A DNA stretch of 64,000 nucleotides, from positions 186,001-250,000 of the forward strand of contig MU008170.1 in the NCBI GenBank assembly GCA_010909165.1, in the 5' to 3' direction. Position 1 is the first letter of the stretch. Each line of letters opens with the position of its first letter. The notes under the pieces were generated by a model, which ran no database searches, was not told where the DNA came from, and saw nothing but the letters and a program-made list of their open reading frames with translations. Made by a program: the position numbers and the translations under genes. Source of the stretch: Anthoceros angustus (Eukaryota; Plantae; Anthocerotophyta). Positions 24,238-36,127 of this stretch are shown piece by piece.

Positions 24238-27200
24238 ATGGGATCGGCCGCGCTGCCCGAGGAGCAGTGCTCGCAACCCTTTCTCGGCGGATCGGAGGGT
24301 CCGGGACCGCAGATCGGGCAGGATGGGGACGCCGGGAGCTTGGAGCCGGAGCCGGCGCCGGGGTGGCCGGATCTGCCGCCCGCCGCCCCGGATGTGGTTG
24401 CAGATGCCACCATGGAGGAAGTAGAGGAGAAGCTGGCAGGGCTGGTCGTGGCGGAGGCGCCTCCCCCCCAGGTGGCCCAGGTTCTGGCCCTCACGGACGG
24501 GGCTGTGGAGAAAATGCTGCCTGCTGATGCCGAGGATGGGTTCTTCGACTCTCTTGGTGGCGGGGATGGAGTGGGGGAGGGAATTGGGGTGAATTCCGGG
24601 GTCGATGGTGCGGAAGTAGGGATGCTGTCGGACGCCCAGTTGGATGTCGAGGTGGAGAGCTTCTTGGGTGATGAGGGAGGGGCCGGTGTCGTTGGTGATG
24701 CCGCCGCTGGCGGGGAGGCCCAGTGGAGTGATTTTAAGTTCTCGCAGGTGGGGTCGTTTTCGGATTTTCTGTCGGAGTTGGGGGACGGGGCACGGGACTC
24801 GGCCGATCCTTTTGGGCTGGGTGCTGCCAGCTCTGCGCTGCTGGGAGGTGTTGCTGCTGCCGATGCGAACGGCAGCGTTACTCTAGGGCAGCATCTGGCG
24901 GACGGTGGCACGGCTGGGTTGGATGTTGTGCCCAGTGCTACGGTTTATTGGGAGAAAAGCTCCACTCAGAAGCTGGTGGTGGATTCAGGGAGGGAGCAAC
25001 TGGTTTATCATGAGCAGCACCTTAGCCAGAATGGCTTTGTTGAGACCGCCGGTGAGGAAAGTTTTTTCCAGGACCTGGCGCAGGCTGCGTTGCATGGGAA
25101 GGTTGTGGAGAGTGGAGCAGCCGTGCAGAGGGCGGACGCGGGGACCACAGTGCCTCCGCAGCAGGGTGATGAGTTTGGATTTGTAGATCCACAGCGGTAT
25201 TATGAGGATCCTCAGTATCCAGGATGGTTGTACTGCCTTCAGACCGGTCAGTGGGTCACGAAACCTGTGCATCAGAATGAGCAGCAGCATGGTTCTGTCA
25301 CGTCATCACAGCACGCTGGGGTTTCGGCTCCGGAGGTTTCGGATGCGGCTGACCAGCAACTTGAGTTGGAATCTTTCAAAGGTAAAGTTGATGGAGAGCT
25401 CCAGTCGGTGGAAACCACGGACATCTTTGGTCGGGATTCGTGGGAGGGACATCCTAAGGAAGATCTTGCAGTTGCACACTGGAATAATGTAGTATCGCCA
25501 GATGAAGCAGCCAGAGCGTCGGGTGTGCAGCAGGCTGTGCAAGATGTTCTAGCCACTTCTGCTACCTCAGAAGCAACCGCGAGTGGGGGTGGCTATGTTC
25601 AGGAAGGGCGTGGGTATGACCCTGCATATCCCGGGTGGTACTATGACTACCAATTACAGTCCTGGTGTGTAGATGACTCTGTGCAAGGGCCACCCTCAAC
25701 TGAGGTAGGGTCATCTTCTGCTACAGCAGGGAAAACTGTAGAGGGCGATAGCAATCCCACAGGGCTAGGGACAGCCTCTGCAGATAATGGCCGCCTCAAC
25801 CAAGGTACACAAACGTATCCTGCATTGATGGAGAACCCCGAGCCAAGTTTTGATATGTATGCCAGGCAGCCTCAGGGAACAACTAGTCAAGCAGGTCCCA
25901 CGGAGACTCATGGACATGGTGCTGTTGAGGAACAGTATTCAGCAGTCAACCAAGCTTATCTTGGGCGCAATGAGCAATCTGTTCAACCTGGTCAACCAGA
26001 AATTTTTCACACTGGATCTCAGGATCAGTTTGGGACCCAGTCGTTTGCAAATTATGACCATCAGGGAGGCTACCTTCCTGGTAGTCATGCCCCAAAGCAC
26101 ATGTATCCTGCAGGTAGTCCGGACCACCTGGGCAGAACAGACATGGCAGCTGACCGTGACTACCAGGGGCCACAGCAAACAACCTCCTCATTTCCACAAT
26201 TCCATCAAGGGCTGGGCCGTGCATATCCTCCGTACGGCCAGGAGCAGCAGGTCCTGCCTCACAGAACGGAACTAGCAACTATGCAAGACCAACGAAAACA
26301 GCAGCAAGCACTTCTGTCATCCTCACCAGTCCAGCAGGGCCACTTCAATTCCTACTCGTCAGCCAGTCAGGGCCAGCAGGTGCATAATTATGTTTACAGT
26401 CAATATCCTGCAGCTGCTCAAGGCCCACAGACCCATTACCAGTCTGCAGATGTGGTCGGTAGCTCTTATTACAGCATTCCATCCGTGGATGGACAAGGAA
26501 ATGTGCCAATCAGCTATAGTCAGGTGCAGTCTCAAGTTTGGTCTCATGGTCAGTCATTGGCAGCAGTGCACAATAATGCAGGTGACCATCAGTATGGGGG
26601 TAGTTCATCTACTCAAAATATGCACCCCATGTTCAATCCTGGGTACCCTGAATCAACATGGAATAGTGGAGGTTTCAGCCAGCAGCCATTCTTCCCATCT
26701 CAGGGGCAGCAGGTTCAACTGCAACCTGGGTATAATGCTCGGAGCGGTGGCTATAATTATGGACAGCCTTGGGCAGGGGATGGTGGCCAGCATCCGTTTC
26801 AGCAGGCCCACAGCTGGGCTCCAAGTGTCACTCCTCCAAGGACAGCTGCTGAGGCTGTGAGGTCAACAGCAGGGCGTCCCCCTCATGCACTTTCGGCCTT
26901 CGGCTTTGGTGGCAAGATTGCTCTTATGAAGCTAAGGGACCCTCTAAGCTTGCAAACTAGTGATGGTGAACAAGTAAGATATCTATCATATCTCTGGTGT
27001 CGTCTGTCTTCTTTTGTGTTTTGGCTTATGGTTTGGTTGTGTTGATGAGAAAACTTTCAGCCAGTTTATTCTGGGCAAGAGTTTTCGGGCCTAGGTACCA
27101 GCAGATTTAAGTAAGAGCTTGTTTGATATGTGTAGTCAACTTCAAGTGGTCAAGCTTGGATGCCGTCAGCTATAAAGCTTCTTAGCTTGTCTCAATTGGT

Positions 27201-30200
27201 TGCCCCACCTGGTGGGGATGGACTTGGAGCAGCTGGAAGCCTGTACTTTGAAAGTTTGTCTCGCCGAGCGTACAATGGGCCCCTTGTGAATGGCGGTGTC
27301 AGCACCAAAGATGTGATCAAGTGGATTGATGAAAGAGCAAAAAACTGCCAGACTGAAGAGCCATGCTGTAAAGATCACCGATCTCTTTCCGAGCTGTGGG
27401 CATTGTTGAAAATCATGTGTCAGCACCATGGTAAACTGAGATCTTCAATCGGGGCAACAGGCACCACCAGTCAGGTACGGACAATTGTTTTACAACAAGA
27501 TCTAAAGGTTTACCATTGAGCTCTTTGCTTTCTAAGTTCATTCCAACCACTGGAACCTGGCTGTGCTCTCAACTTCATATTTGGGGCGTAAAAGAACACG
27601 TCGTAGTTCTAGGATGTGCAGGCTTACTAGATTTGAAGGGTGTGATCAGTTTCTGATATGACTTGTTGGTGTGCAGGATGCAGACGGCCCAGAAATTGCA
27701 GTTGCAAGTTTGCTAACTTCTGAGAATGAGAGCTCAATGAATGTGGGCTCGCTTGCACTGCAGACAATGCCTTCAGAGCAAGAGCTGCAGGTGTGTTGGT
27801 GTAATGGACCCTGTCATGTTGGCCGCTTTCTGAGCATAGTCTTACCCATCAATCCTGTTTCAGAAAACTGCCAATGAAGTGAAAACACTGTTAACAGCTG
27901 GAAAACGGAAGGATGCTTTAAGGCTTGCCAAGGAGGGTCAACTTTGGGGACCAGCACTTGTTCTTGCAAGGCAACTTGGCGACAAGGTGAGGCTCCTCTC
28001 CTTATTAAAAGCATAAAAGGCCAGTACCTCTGTGGGTTGCAACCTTCACGACGTCGCAGTTGCAATTATGTCATGGGCTAATAAATTCCTGATAATGTTC
28101 TGCAAAATGATTTTCACCATTTATTTCCTTACGCTTGTTCTGTTATGTCAGTTTTATGGAGACACGGTCATAGAGATGTCTCGGCGTTTACTTGTTCCAG
28201 AGTCTCCTCTTCGAACTTTATGTCTACTGCTGGCTGGTCAGCCAGCTGAGGTGGTGTCTTCCTCACCTGGTAGTGCAACAGGGCACCAGACAGCTGGACC
28301 TGGGACAGGAGATATGGCTCAGGTATGCTTTGCTTTTAGGGTCTGGCCTTTGAGCTGGTCCAAATTTTTTGGCCTGGTGGAATCACTTTTCTGGCTGGGG
28401 CAGCAATTCAAATTAATGGTTCTGCAGGCGGGCATAGCTGCGATGATCGAAGAGTGGCGTTCAAATCTGGCCATCATGGCCACAAATCGTGTAAACGGGG
28501 ATGACCGTGTAATTACAAGCCTTGGTGACCGCCTTTGGGCAACTCGTAGGAAGGTTTGTATCAAGTGACAGGCTCCCTTTGATATTGCATGCTGCTGGTT
28601 CCCTCTAGATACAAGCAAAAGTGTCTGAAAGGTGGATATAATGCAGGTATTTGGGTTCAGGGATGAACTGGGTGGTGGACAATTTGAAGCAGCACATATA
28701 TGCTATCTGGCTGCTGAACTCAACTTTGAGGCCTTTTCTCACAACGCAAGATTGTGCCTTCTTGGGGCAAATCACATAGAACATTCTCGCACGTATGTAT
28801 CTCCAGAAGCGATTCAGGTGAGATGCTTCTTATGGACTTGAATTTGAAGCTTGACCCCAATTGCTTCACGGGCTAACAAAGCTCTGTTGACTGCACAGAG
28901 GACTGAGCTGTATGAGTACGCCAAGGTCCTTGGGAACCCACAGTTCTTTTTGCCTCAGTTTCAACCTTACAAGCTAGTGTATGCAGCCATGTTAGTTGAA
29001 GCTGGTAGCATGGGAGAAGCCTTAAGGTAGTGTTGTTATTGCAGTGTTTAAGCAGTCATTCAGAGCTGTCTTCACCTCTTCTGCTCCAGGATCTTATTAT
29101 GTCTGGTTTATATGCTAGGTACTGTCAAGCGGTGCTGAAGATGCTCAAAACGGCTGGGCGGAGCCCAGAGGCAGAGGCTTGCAGACAAGCTGCCACCAGC
29201 TTGGAGGAGCGAATAAAGGGGTATACCAATGTAAGTTTCATTTATTCTTGTGAGATCCTTGATGGCGTCAGCCTATCCTCTCGAATCCTATCTTCATGTA
29301 TGTTGCTGCTTCTCTGCTGTCTCAGAATACAATAAGCTTAGATGTGTCCTCCACTACTTTGTGCAGGGTAGATCAGGTTCAGGAGTGCCAAAACTCTTTC
29401 GGAGTATTTTCCATACAGTGGACAAAGGGATTTCTGGTATTATTGGTGGAGCCCCGCCTCCTATGAATTCCGATCAGTATGCAAATTTAGGAATGGCGAA
29501 TGGGAACAAGTCCATGGTGCCAGGCAGCTCTGGTCGACCGTCCACATCCACAGTTATCCCATCAGCCTCCATGGATTCCTTAGATGGGTTTGTTAACAAT
29601 GCTGAGCGGGTGAACAGGCCTTCTCGCAGTGTTTCTGTGCCTGACTTCAGTAAAAGCCCCAACACCCAGGTGCGTTCTACTTCTCATCAATGTGACATCA
29701 ACGAGCCTGCCCAGAGCCTGAGATTCTAAGAAGGCAATGTGGTGTTTGCTTTCCAGGAAGCTTCTGAGCAGCCATCTGCGCCATCTGTGCCATCAAAGGC
29801 ACAAGAAGTGAATGGATCACCCGGCAGTGTGTTTTCTCGGTTCGGTGCAACTTTTTTGCAAAAGGCTGGCTTTTTCGTTGGAAAGACTAATAAGAACGAG
29901 GTAATATCCTGCCTGCCCTTATGTGTTTCCTGTTAGGGTCATTAATCTGCCTTCGCAGGGACAGCAGGTATTTGTGGTCTCTCATATTTGAGTTTAGGTC
30001 TGCTTACATATGGGATTATGCATGTACTTCTACGAAATTCTGAATTGTTTATCATGAATTTTTGGTTCCAAAATGTCAGGCGAAGCTGGGGGAGAGGAAT
30101 AAATTCTACTATGATACGACGCTAAATCGGTGGGTGGAAGAAGGTGCTCCTCCACCTCCTGAAGAAGCTGTTCTTGCACCTCCCCCGACAGCTTCAATGT

Positions 30201-31214
30201 TTGTGGCACCTGTTGTAGAGAATTCTGTGAGTTCAGCACCTGGAACCTCAGGAACACCACCAGTGCCTCCGGGTGGCAACCAGTTCTCTGTACGTACACG
30301 ACAAGGTTATCCTCGATCCAGGTAGGGAATGTTCCTAAAGCAAAGTTCATAGGTTATGAACCTTTGCCAGTTTATTTGATAATGTTTGTCAACGGTGGTG
30401 TCGCAGATATGTGGACACGTTCAATAAAGGGGGAGCTCCATCACCTCAAAAATCTGTGATCTCTCCGTTGGTGCCACCTGGGAGGCCCTCAGTTTCATCT
30501 CCTCAGGCCATGAACTTTTTTGTGCCGTCTGCAGTTGCTACCCCATCTTTGGATGCCACCTCAAATGAGCAGGATGCCGGTTATGAAAATGCAGAGAGCA
30601 TTGGCACCAACGGCCAATCTAAGGGATCTCAATCTCCTTATTATGGGGCATACGATCTTAGTGCCAGTCCTCAGCCAAATAGCTTAGATCGAAGAAGCAA
30701 CCCCTCAGTGGCCTTGACACCTCCGGCCATTCATCGAGTGGCAAGTGTGGATAATGCAGTTGGTTTTTCTGGGTTGACGAGTGCAGAGAAAGAAGGTAAA
30801 AGGGTAGACAATGCCAGAAGCAGGGCTGGAAGTTTCGGGCTGCCGAATGGTTCTCATGCTAGAGCTGCTTCATGGGGTGGGTCTCCATCTTTTGAAACCA
30901 GCTTTTCGAACTCACCTAGTCCAGCCTTGAATGCCTCTGCGGGTTATCTAAAAGAGGGAGCTATGCTGTCAGTAAACAGCAGTTCGTCTGGGGCACCTTA
31001 CTATCTTTCCCCACCTCCGAAGATGGAAGCAGTACCCCTTACAACGAGTGACGGGTTTCCAAATGTGGCACTACCCCTTCCACCATCTTTAGAGGCCCCT
31101 CGAGCGCCTCCCCAGCTGAATGCTTTGCCATTACTGCATTTGGGTTCCAGTCAAAATGGGGAACTGGCCGGTGGTTCATTGGCTGCAGAAGAGATGCAAG
31201 AAGTGGAGCTTTAA
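24238..31214 (+). CDS. SEC16: COPII scaffold SEC16 (MAG5-like), multi-exon with a ~2.7-kb first exon
   Basis: EDGFFDSL N-terminal motif, repeated DPxYPGWxY motifs, GRPPHALSAFGFGGK, Sec16 core (WALLKIMCQHHGKLRS; GQLWGPALVLARQLGD; AAHICYLAAE; RTELYEYAKVLGN), AKLGERNKFYYD..RWVEEG, and terminal MQEVEL*. The start ATG (24238) is inferred. Confidence 0.93.
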
Positions 31215-33699
31215 CCAAGTGTGTCATCCTTCTGATTTTGCCAAGTAGGTGAACTCTCTGATGGCATCCTGTCTTTGGAAACGTCCTGGCCTTAAAACAA
31301 GTCTTAGGAAGCCAGCGAGTACAGTATTTTTAACTTGTCACACTGTCGAGAACTTTAGTTGTATGGGTTTCTATGGCTAAGTTGCCAATACCCTTAGCTC
31401 AATTCTTTGGGGTGCCCTGTTGCCATGTAAATTGCATGGTTCTGTCGATGGCACCCCTCCTTCCAGCCTTATCTTTAAGACCCTAACAGGTTTGTCATTA
31501 TATACGTATTTGTACTTTTTCTTGTTGATGCTTCGCTGCTCTTGAAGGTGTTTTGGGGCACCTTCATGGAGATGGGAGCTTGTATCTTCTGCAATCTACA
31601 TGCTGAAGGTTGCCTCAGGTAAACTTGTTCCACTGTGGTGTATCCTGCAACTTGAAGGGTGTGAGTGCCATAACTGTGTCCCATCGTTGTGCAGGTGCCC
31701 TTCACGGCAACGTCTGTACACTGTTGAGTCCGCAGATTTCAGTCCAGTTATTCGGGCATGAAATTAGTGCCCCCTCCATGCAGAGTACTACCCACCTAGT
31801 TGTCGCATTTACACATGGTGCACACGCTTTGTACAGCTTTTCAAATTCCACTGCAGCTCGCGGCATCGACCGTTTCGTTTTCCAGACTGCGGCATCCAAG
31901 GCTTGGTTGGAGTACGATAAACCGCTTGGTTGGATTGCAATAAAACGGAATACACCGGCATTTTAGATTTCCTGGGGTATGCCTCGTAATATTTACATGG
32001 AAACAGTTTAACATCGTTGACTGTTGTCACAAAGTAGCGCGGCAGACGATGGCACATTCTGTTGGTCACGTTGATCGTGTTTACGGCGTCCCGTTTGAGA
32101 CAGACCACGTTTGAGACAGACCATTTATCTCCAGATCAGGCTATCTGGATAAAGAAGTACTCTTGCTTACAGATCGAGGCTACAGTGGAGGACCAGAAGA
32201 AAGGCTTGCTAGGTTCGGAAAACCCCTCCGTCTTTCAGAGGAGGTGAGGGCTTGCAGAGCATTCTAGAAAAGAAGGGAAATTGTTTCCAACAATTTCCTT
32301 CCCAGATTGGGCTGAATCGATGGAAGGGAAAGGGGAATGGAGGTTTGAAGAGGAAGCAGAGAGAAAAAAATTGTGGATGTAGATGACACGCTGAAGGTTG
32401 CGGAGAAGTTGTGCAATCCCGGGGGCGATGTTAACCGGTCATGTGAGCGAAATTGCATGCATATGTCCATAACACCTGGTTGTACGTCCTCCGTTGTCTT
32501 ATTCTGCAGCAGTCCTGGACCCGCTTGTGAAGCCCTGAACTGAGAGCGTTTGGTGAAGTGATCTTGGTCTCAGTACTGTGCAGGATTCTCTCATTATGGA
32601 TCTGGTTTCCCCCTTGTGTGCTCCAGGTTCCATGTGCAGGCCATGCGGTCACCAGTGGATGCATGTTCCCATGTTGTGTAAGTTTGGCATCTTTGATAAG
32701 CAGCTGGCTTGAGTTCCAGTTTGAACTTCTGAGGGGCAGACGCCATTCTCCAACGAAGGAGACGAGGTGCTTCCGCGGCCAGGACTCCACTCTCACGCAC
32801 CCCCACAAAACTAGGCCCAAACCACGTGGTAAATGTTTCGCTCCCCTGTTTGGCCCCCATCGATGTTGTGGTCTTCTGTTTGCCTCTTACGTGCCATCGG
32901 GCCTTGCATTCTGCGGCACACTTGCTTGCGACACACCATCCGTTGTCTTCGTGAAAATGGGGTGAGAATGCCAATGCCGAGGGTGAAACCGGGGTACCAG
33001 AGAGTTGGGTTCACACTGCCATGGAGTTCCTCTTCCTTCTTCGGGTTCTTCGTCAGCACATCTGTTGCCTTGACCACCTCCCTTCCACGTGGCGTCATGT
33101 TTGAAAGCACACAGGGAAATTTGCAGAGAGAGTGTGAAGGGTTATTACATGTCATGAGGGAGTGTCCATTTTCCACAACCCAAATCTCAGGGCTTGTTGA
33201 CTTTTGGACTTCGCAATACTCGCATCCTGCTACAACGGGGCTCTCATTCCAGTTTTTAGGTGTCTTTTCCGTGTCCCACCCACCTGCATAGGACTTCACA
33301 GCTCCCAATGGGCTAGTGGTTCTACTTATGGCATACCAAAGGGGACAGAGGGAACGGGGCATATTTTTTCACACCAATACGCCAGAATATGTAGGCATCT
33401 ATAAAAATATACTACTGAATTTAGTATGGAGGTGGTACCTCACCACATATGTTGATATGTCCACTTTGGCGCCCTCACCAAGAGCGGCCATCCACTAGAG
33501 CACACAGCCACTTTCTTTTCTTTCAAACGTGTCTATGCTTCAAAGGTGCTTTCAAAACTTTCAACCAGAAAACAAAGAGGCACTCTGGTTTCAGAGACTA
33601 TGGCACTATGTTTTCAGAGTCTCCCACCCTATAGGATTTTGTTTTGTTGAATGCAATTACATGGCGGCCATACTCCAACTCGGCCGCAGCCGCCGCCGC

Positions 33700-33895
33700 C
33701 CTATCTGGTTGCCTAACCCTATCTCGGCCGTGGCTACGCCCTTGGTTTGCAAAACCCTACGTCAACCGCAGCCATGGTTTGTGAACCGCAGCCACGTGAA
33801 CCCTACCTCGGCCTCGGCCGTGGCCACGCCCTCAGTTTGCAAAACCCGACGTTGGCCGCGGCCATGGTTTGCGAACCCTACCTCGGCCGGGGTTG
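33700..33895. repeat. ~90-bp imperfect tandem duplication rich in AACCCTA-like motifs, subterminal in the TIR element
   Basis: CCGTGG(C)TACGCCC..GTTTGCAAAACCC at ~33728 recurs at ~33818. Confidence 0.75.
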
Positions 33896-34440
33896 CGGCC
33901 GTGTCCGCGGTTTCTGAGCAAGTGACATTCGATAGGTCTTTTTCTTGGGGAACCCGAGCTTTATAGAAAAGGAAGAAAGAAGATCGTGCTCGAAACAAAA
34001 AGAGGGAATGGTGATGGAACATGCAAACAGCCTTAAGAGCTGCTGAGATAGCTCCGCATACACTTTGTTGCCCTCAACATCATCGAAACAAATTCAATTT
34101 GCACATCATGCCCAAGTTTCTAAACAACACCATGCTTCCAGCCCTTCCCTACTACCAAGTCTGCCACAAATTGAGACCTTGCATTCCCACCATATTACTG
34201 CAGCTGGCCATCAGCTGATCCCAAACTGCCAGTCCTGCACATGGTGGTCGTAAATGTCCTATGTATCATCTAATCCTTGAAGCTTGACAAGTCTGCAAGC
34301 TAGTATATCGGAACTCAATAGCTTCCTGTCATGCATAGAGAGAGTCACAACACCTATAGTGCCCTCAACTTCATGCGGGCTTTACGTTTTCTCTCCTTCA
34401 CACAATTGCAATGAGCACAAACGAAAACGACGGACCTCCA

Positions 34441-34695
34441 GCTATCAGCCACAGCAGCACCTGAACTTCCAACATTAGCAATCAGCCACAGCAGCACCTG
34501 AACTTCCAACATTAGCAATCAGCCACAGCAGCACATGAACTTCCAACATTAGCAATCAGCCACAGCAGCACATGAACTTCCAACATCAGCAGCAATCAGC
34601 CACAGCAGCACTTAAACTTTTGACATCAACAGCCATCAGCCACACCAACACATGAACTTCCAGCATCTGTAGCAGTTAGCCACACCAGCACCAGC
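34441..34695. repeat. Seven 37-40-bp tandem units (ATCAGCCACAGCAGCACCTGAACTTCCAACATTAGCA)
   Basis: Unit starts at 34444, 34481, 34518, 34555, 34595, 34635 and 34675. Confidence 0.92.
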
Positions 34696-35304
34696 GTCTA
34701 GAGTGCAATCAGACCGTGAACGTATCGGTGGGCCTACAACGAGCACAAGTTGACAAAAAAGGGGAGCCCTAACATTCATCAAAAAAGGATGTCCATTGTA
34801 CTAAGCGCAAAATTGCATAGCTTGCATCATACTCTATTTCCTACTACGGCCTACCTATGGCGCATCCTTTGCCTCCCCTAACACAAAGCATACAAAAGCC
34901 GCTGCTACAACTCCAAGCCCTAGGGAGGAGGACCAAGCCTACTCCATCGCGTCCTCCATGGCCTTCATGCTCAAGCGAAGGCCGTTTAGCGTGGCCTCCC
35001 TTGCCTGAACGGCGTTCCGCATCCCGTGCAATGTTGCCCTCAAATCCCGTTCGCCCGCGTCACTGCCTCTAGAAGCCCGCGTCCGGGCGTTGGGTGTTGC
35101 TAACACCCACCTTGGCCACCGCGCTTCCTCCTACGACAGCGTGTCCGACTCCGTGTAGTCTCGCTTCCTCCCTCTTGTGCTCGCCCTCCTTGGAGGAGGG
35201 GTCGACTGCTCACTCCGCTCTACCTCTCCTTCTAACATCGCCTCCCCTCCGCCACTATCAGCTCCCCTTGCTCCTCCTCCTCCTCTGAGCGGAAGTGATC
35301 CACT

Positions 35305-35767
35305 GAGTGCCTCAGGGGGGCAAGCCTGAACGCATAGGCATGTCAAAATTGTAGTATGTTGAAAAGTGCCTGAGGGTGCCTCACGGGGGCAAGACTGAAC
35401 ACATAGGCATGTCAAAATTGTGATATGTTGAAAGGTGCCTCAAAGAGGCAAGCCTAAACGCATAAGCATACCAAAATTGTGAGAAGTGAAAGGTGCCTCA
35501 CAGGGGCAAGCCTGAACGCACAGGTAGTTGAAAGGTGTGGCAAGTGAAGGGTGCCTGACGAGGGTAAGCCTGAACTCAGAAGCATTTGAAAGTTGTGGCA
35601 AGTGAATGGTGCCTAACGGGCACGAGCCTAAACTCAAATGCATATCAAAATTGTGGTACGTTGCAAGGTGCCTCACGGGGGCAAGCCTGAATTGAAAGCC
35701 ATTGCGAAATTGTGGGAAGTGAAATCGGCCTCACGGGGGCAAGCCTAAACTGCAGACATGTCAAAAT
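35305..35767. repeat. Eight diverged ~58-59-bp tandem units (GGGGCAAGCCTGAAC..CAAAATTGTGG..GGTGCCTCAC)
   Basis: CAAGCC-type core at 35321, 35390, 35449, 35507, 35565, 35623, 35682 and 35740. Confidence 0.9.
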
Positions 35768-36127
35768 TGTGGAAACCTACAAATAAGGAAACCTAAAGAT
35801 GGAACGTTCAGAGGCCTCTGCCAGCATCTCCTCGGACGACCCCATGCTCAGTGTCCTCAGTGTTGTATGAAGGATCGTATGGCAGCACATGATGGTGGAA
35901 AGAGGAGAGGAGAGGAGGAAGCAAATGGATCTCTCTCATTGAGATGAGGCTCTGGGGTTATTTATACCATCCAGCAGGGCTCCCTAGGAAGGTCCACAAG
36001 AAGCCTCTAGGAAACTGCGCAAGAAGCTTCCTAGCGATTAGCTTTAGCTAAACTAATGATACTTAACTAACACCTAACTTAGACTAAGCGTATTAGTCTA
36101 AGTACATTGGGCTTTAATACCCTTACA
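35768..36127 (-). repeat. 3' LTR of the nested Copia, with TATA box TATAAATA at 35959-35966
   Basis: Starts TGTAAGGG on the minus strand directly after the PPT, shares 155 bp with 38819-38973, and ends ..GTTTCCACA. Confidence 0.8.

Noticed and set aside
23904-24911. 335-aa antisense ORF and neighbours
   Set aside because: Low-complexity shadow of the GC-rich SEC16 first exon.
32092-32123. 16-bp direct duplication CGTTTGAGACAGACCA x2
   Set aside because: Simple local slippage or a possible excision footprint; too little evidence to interpret.
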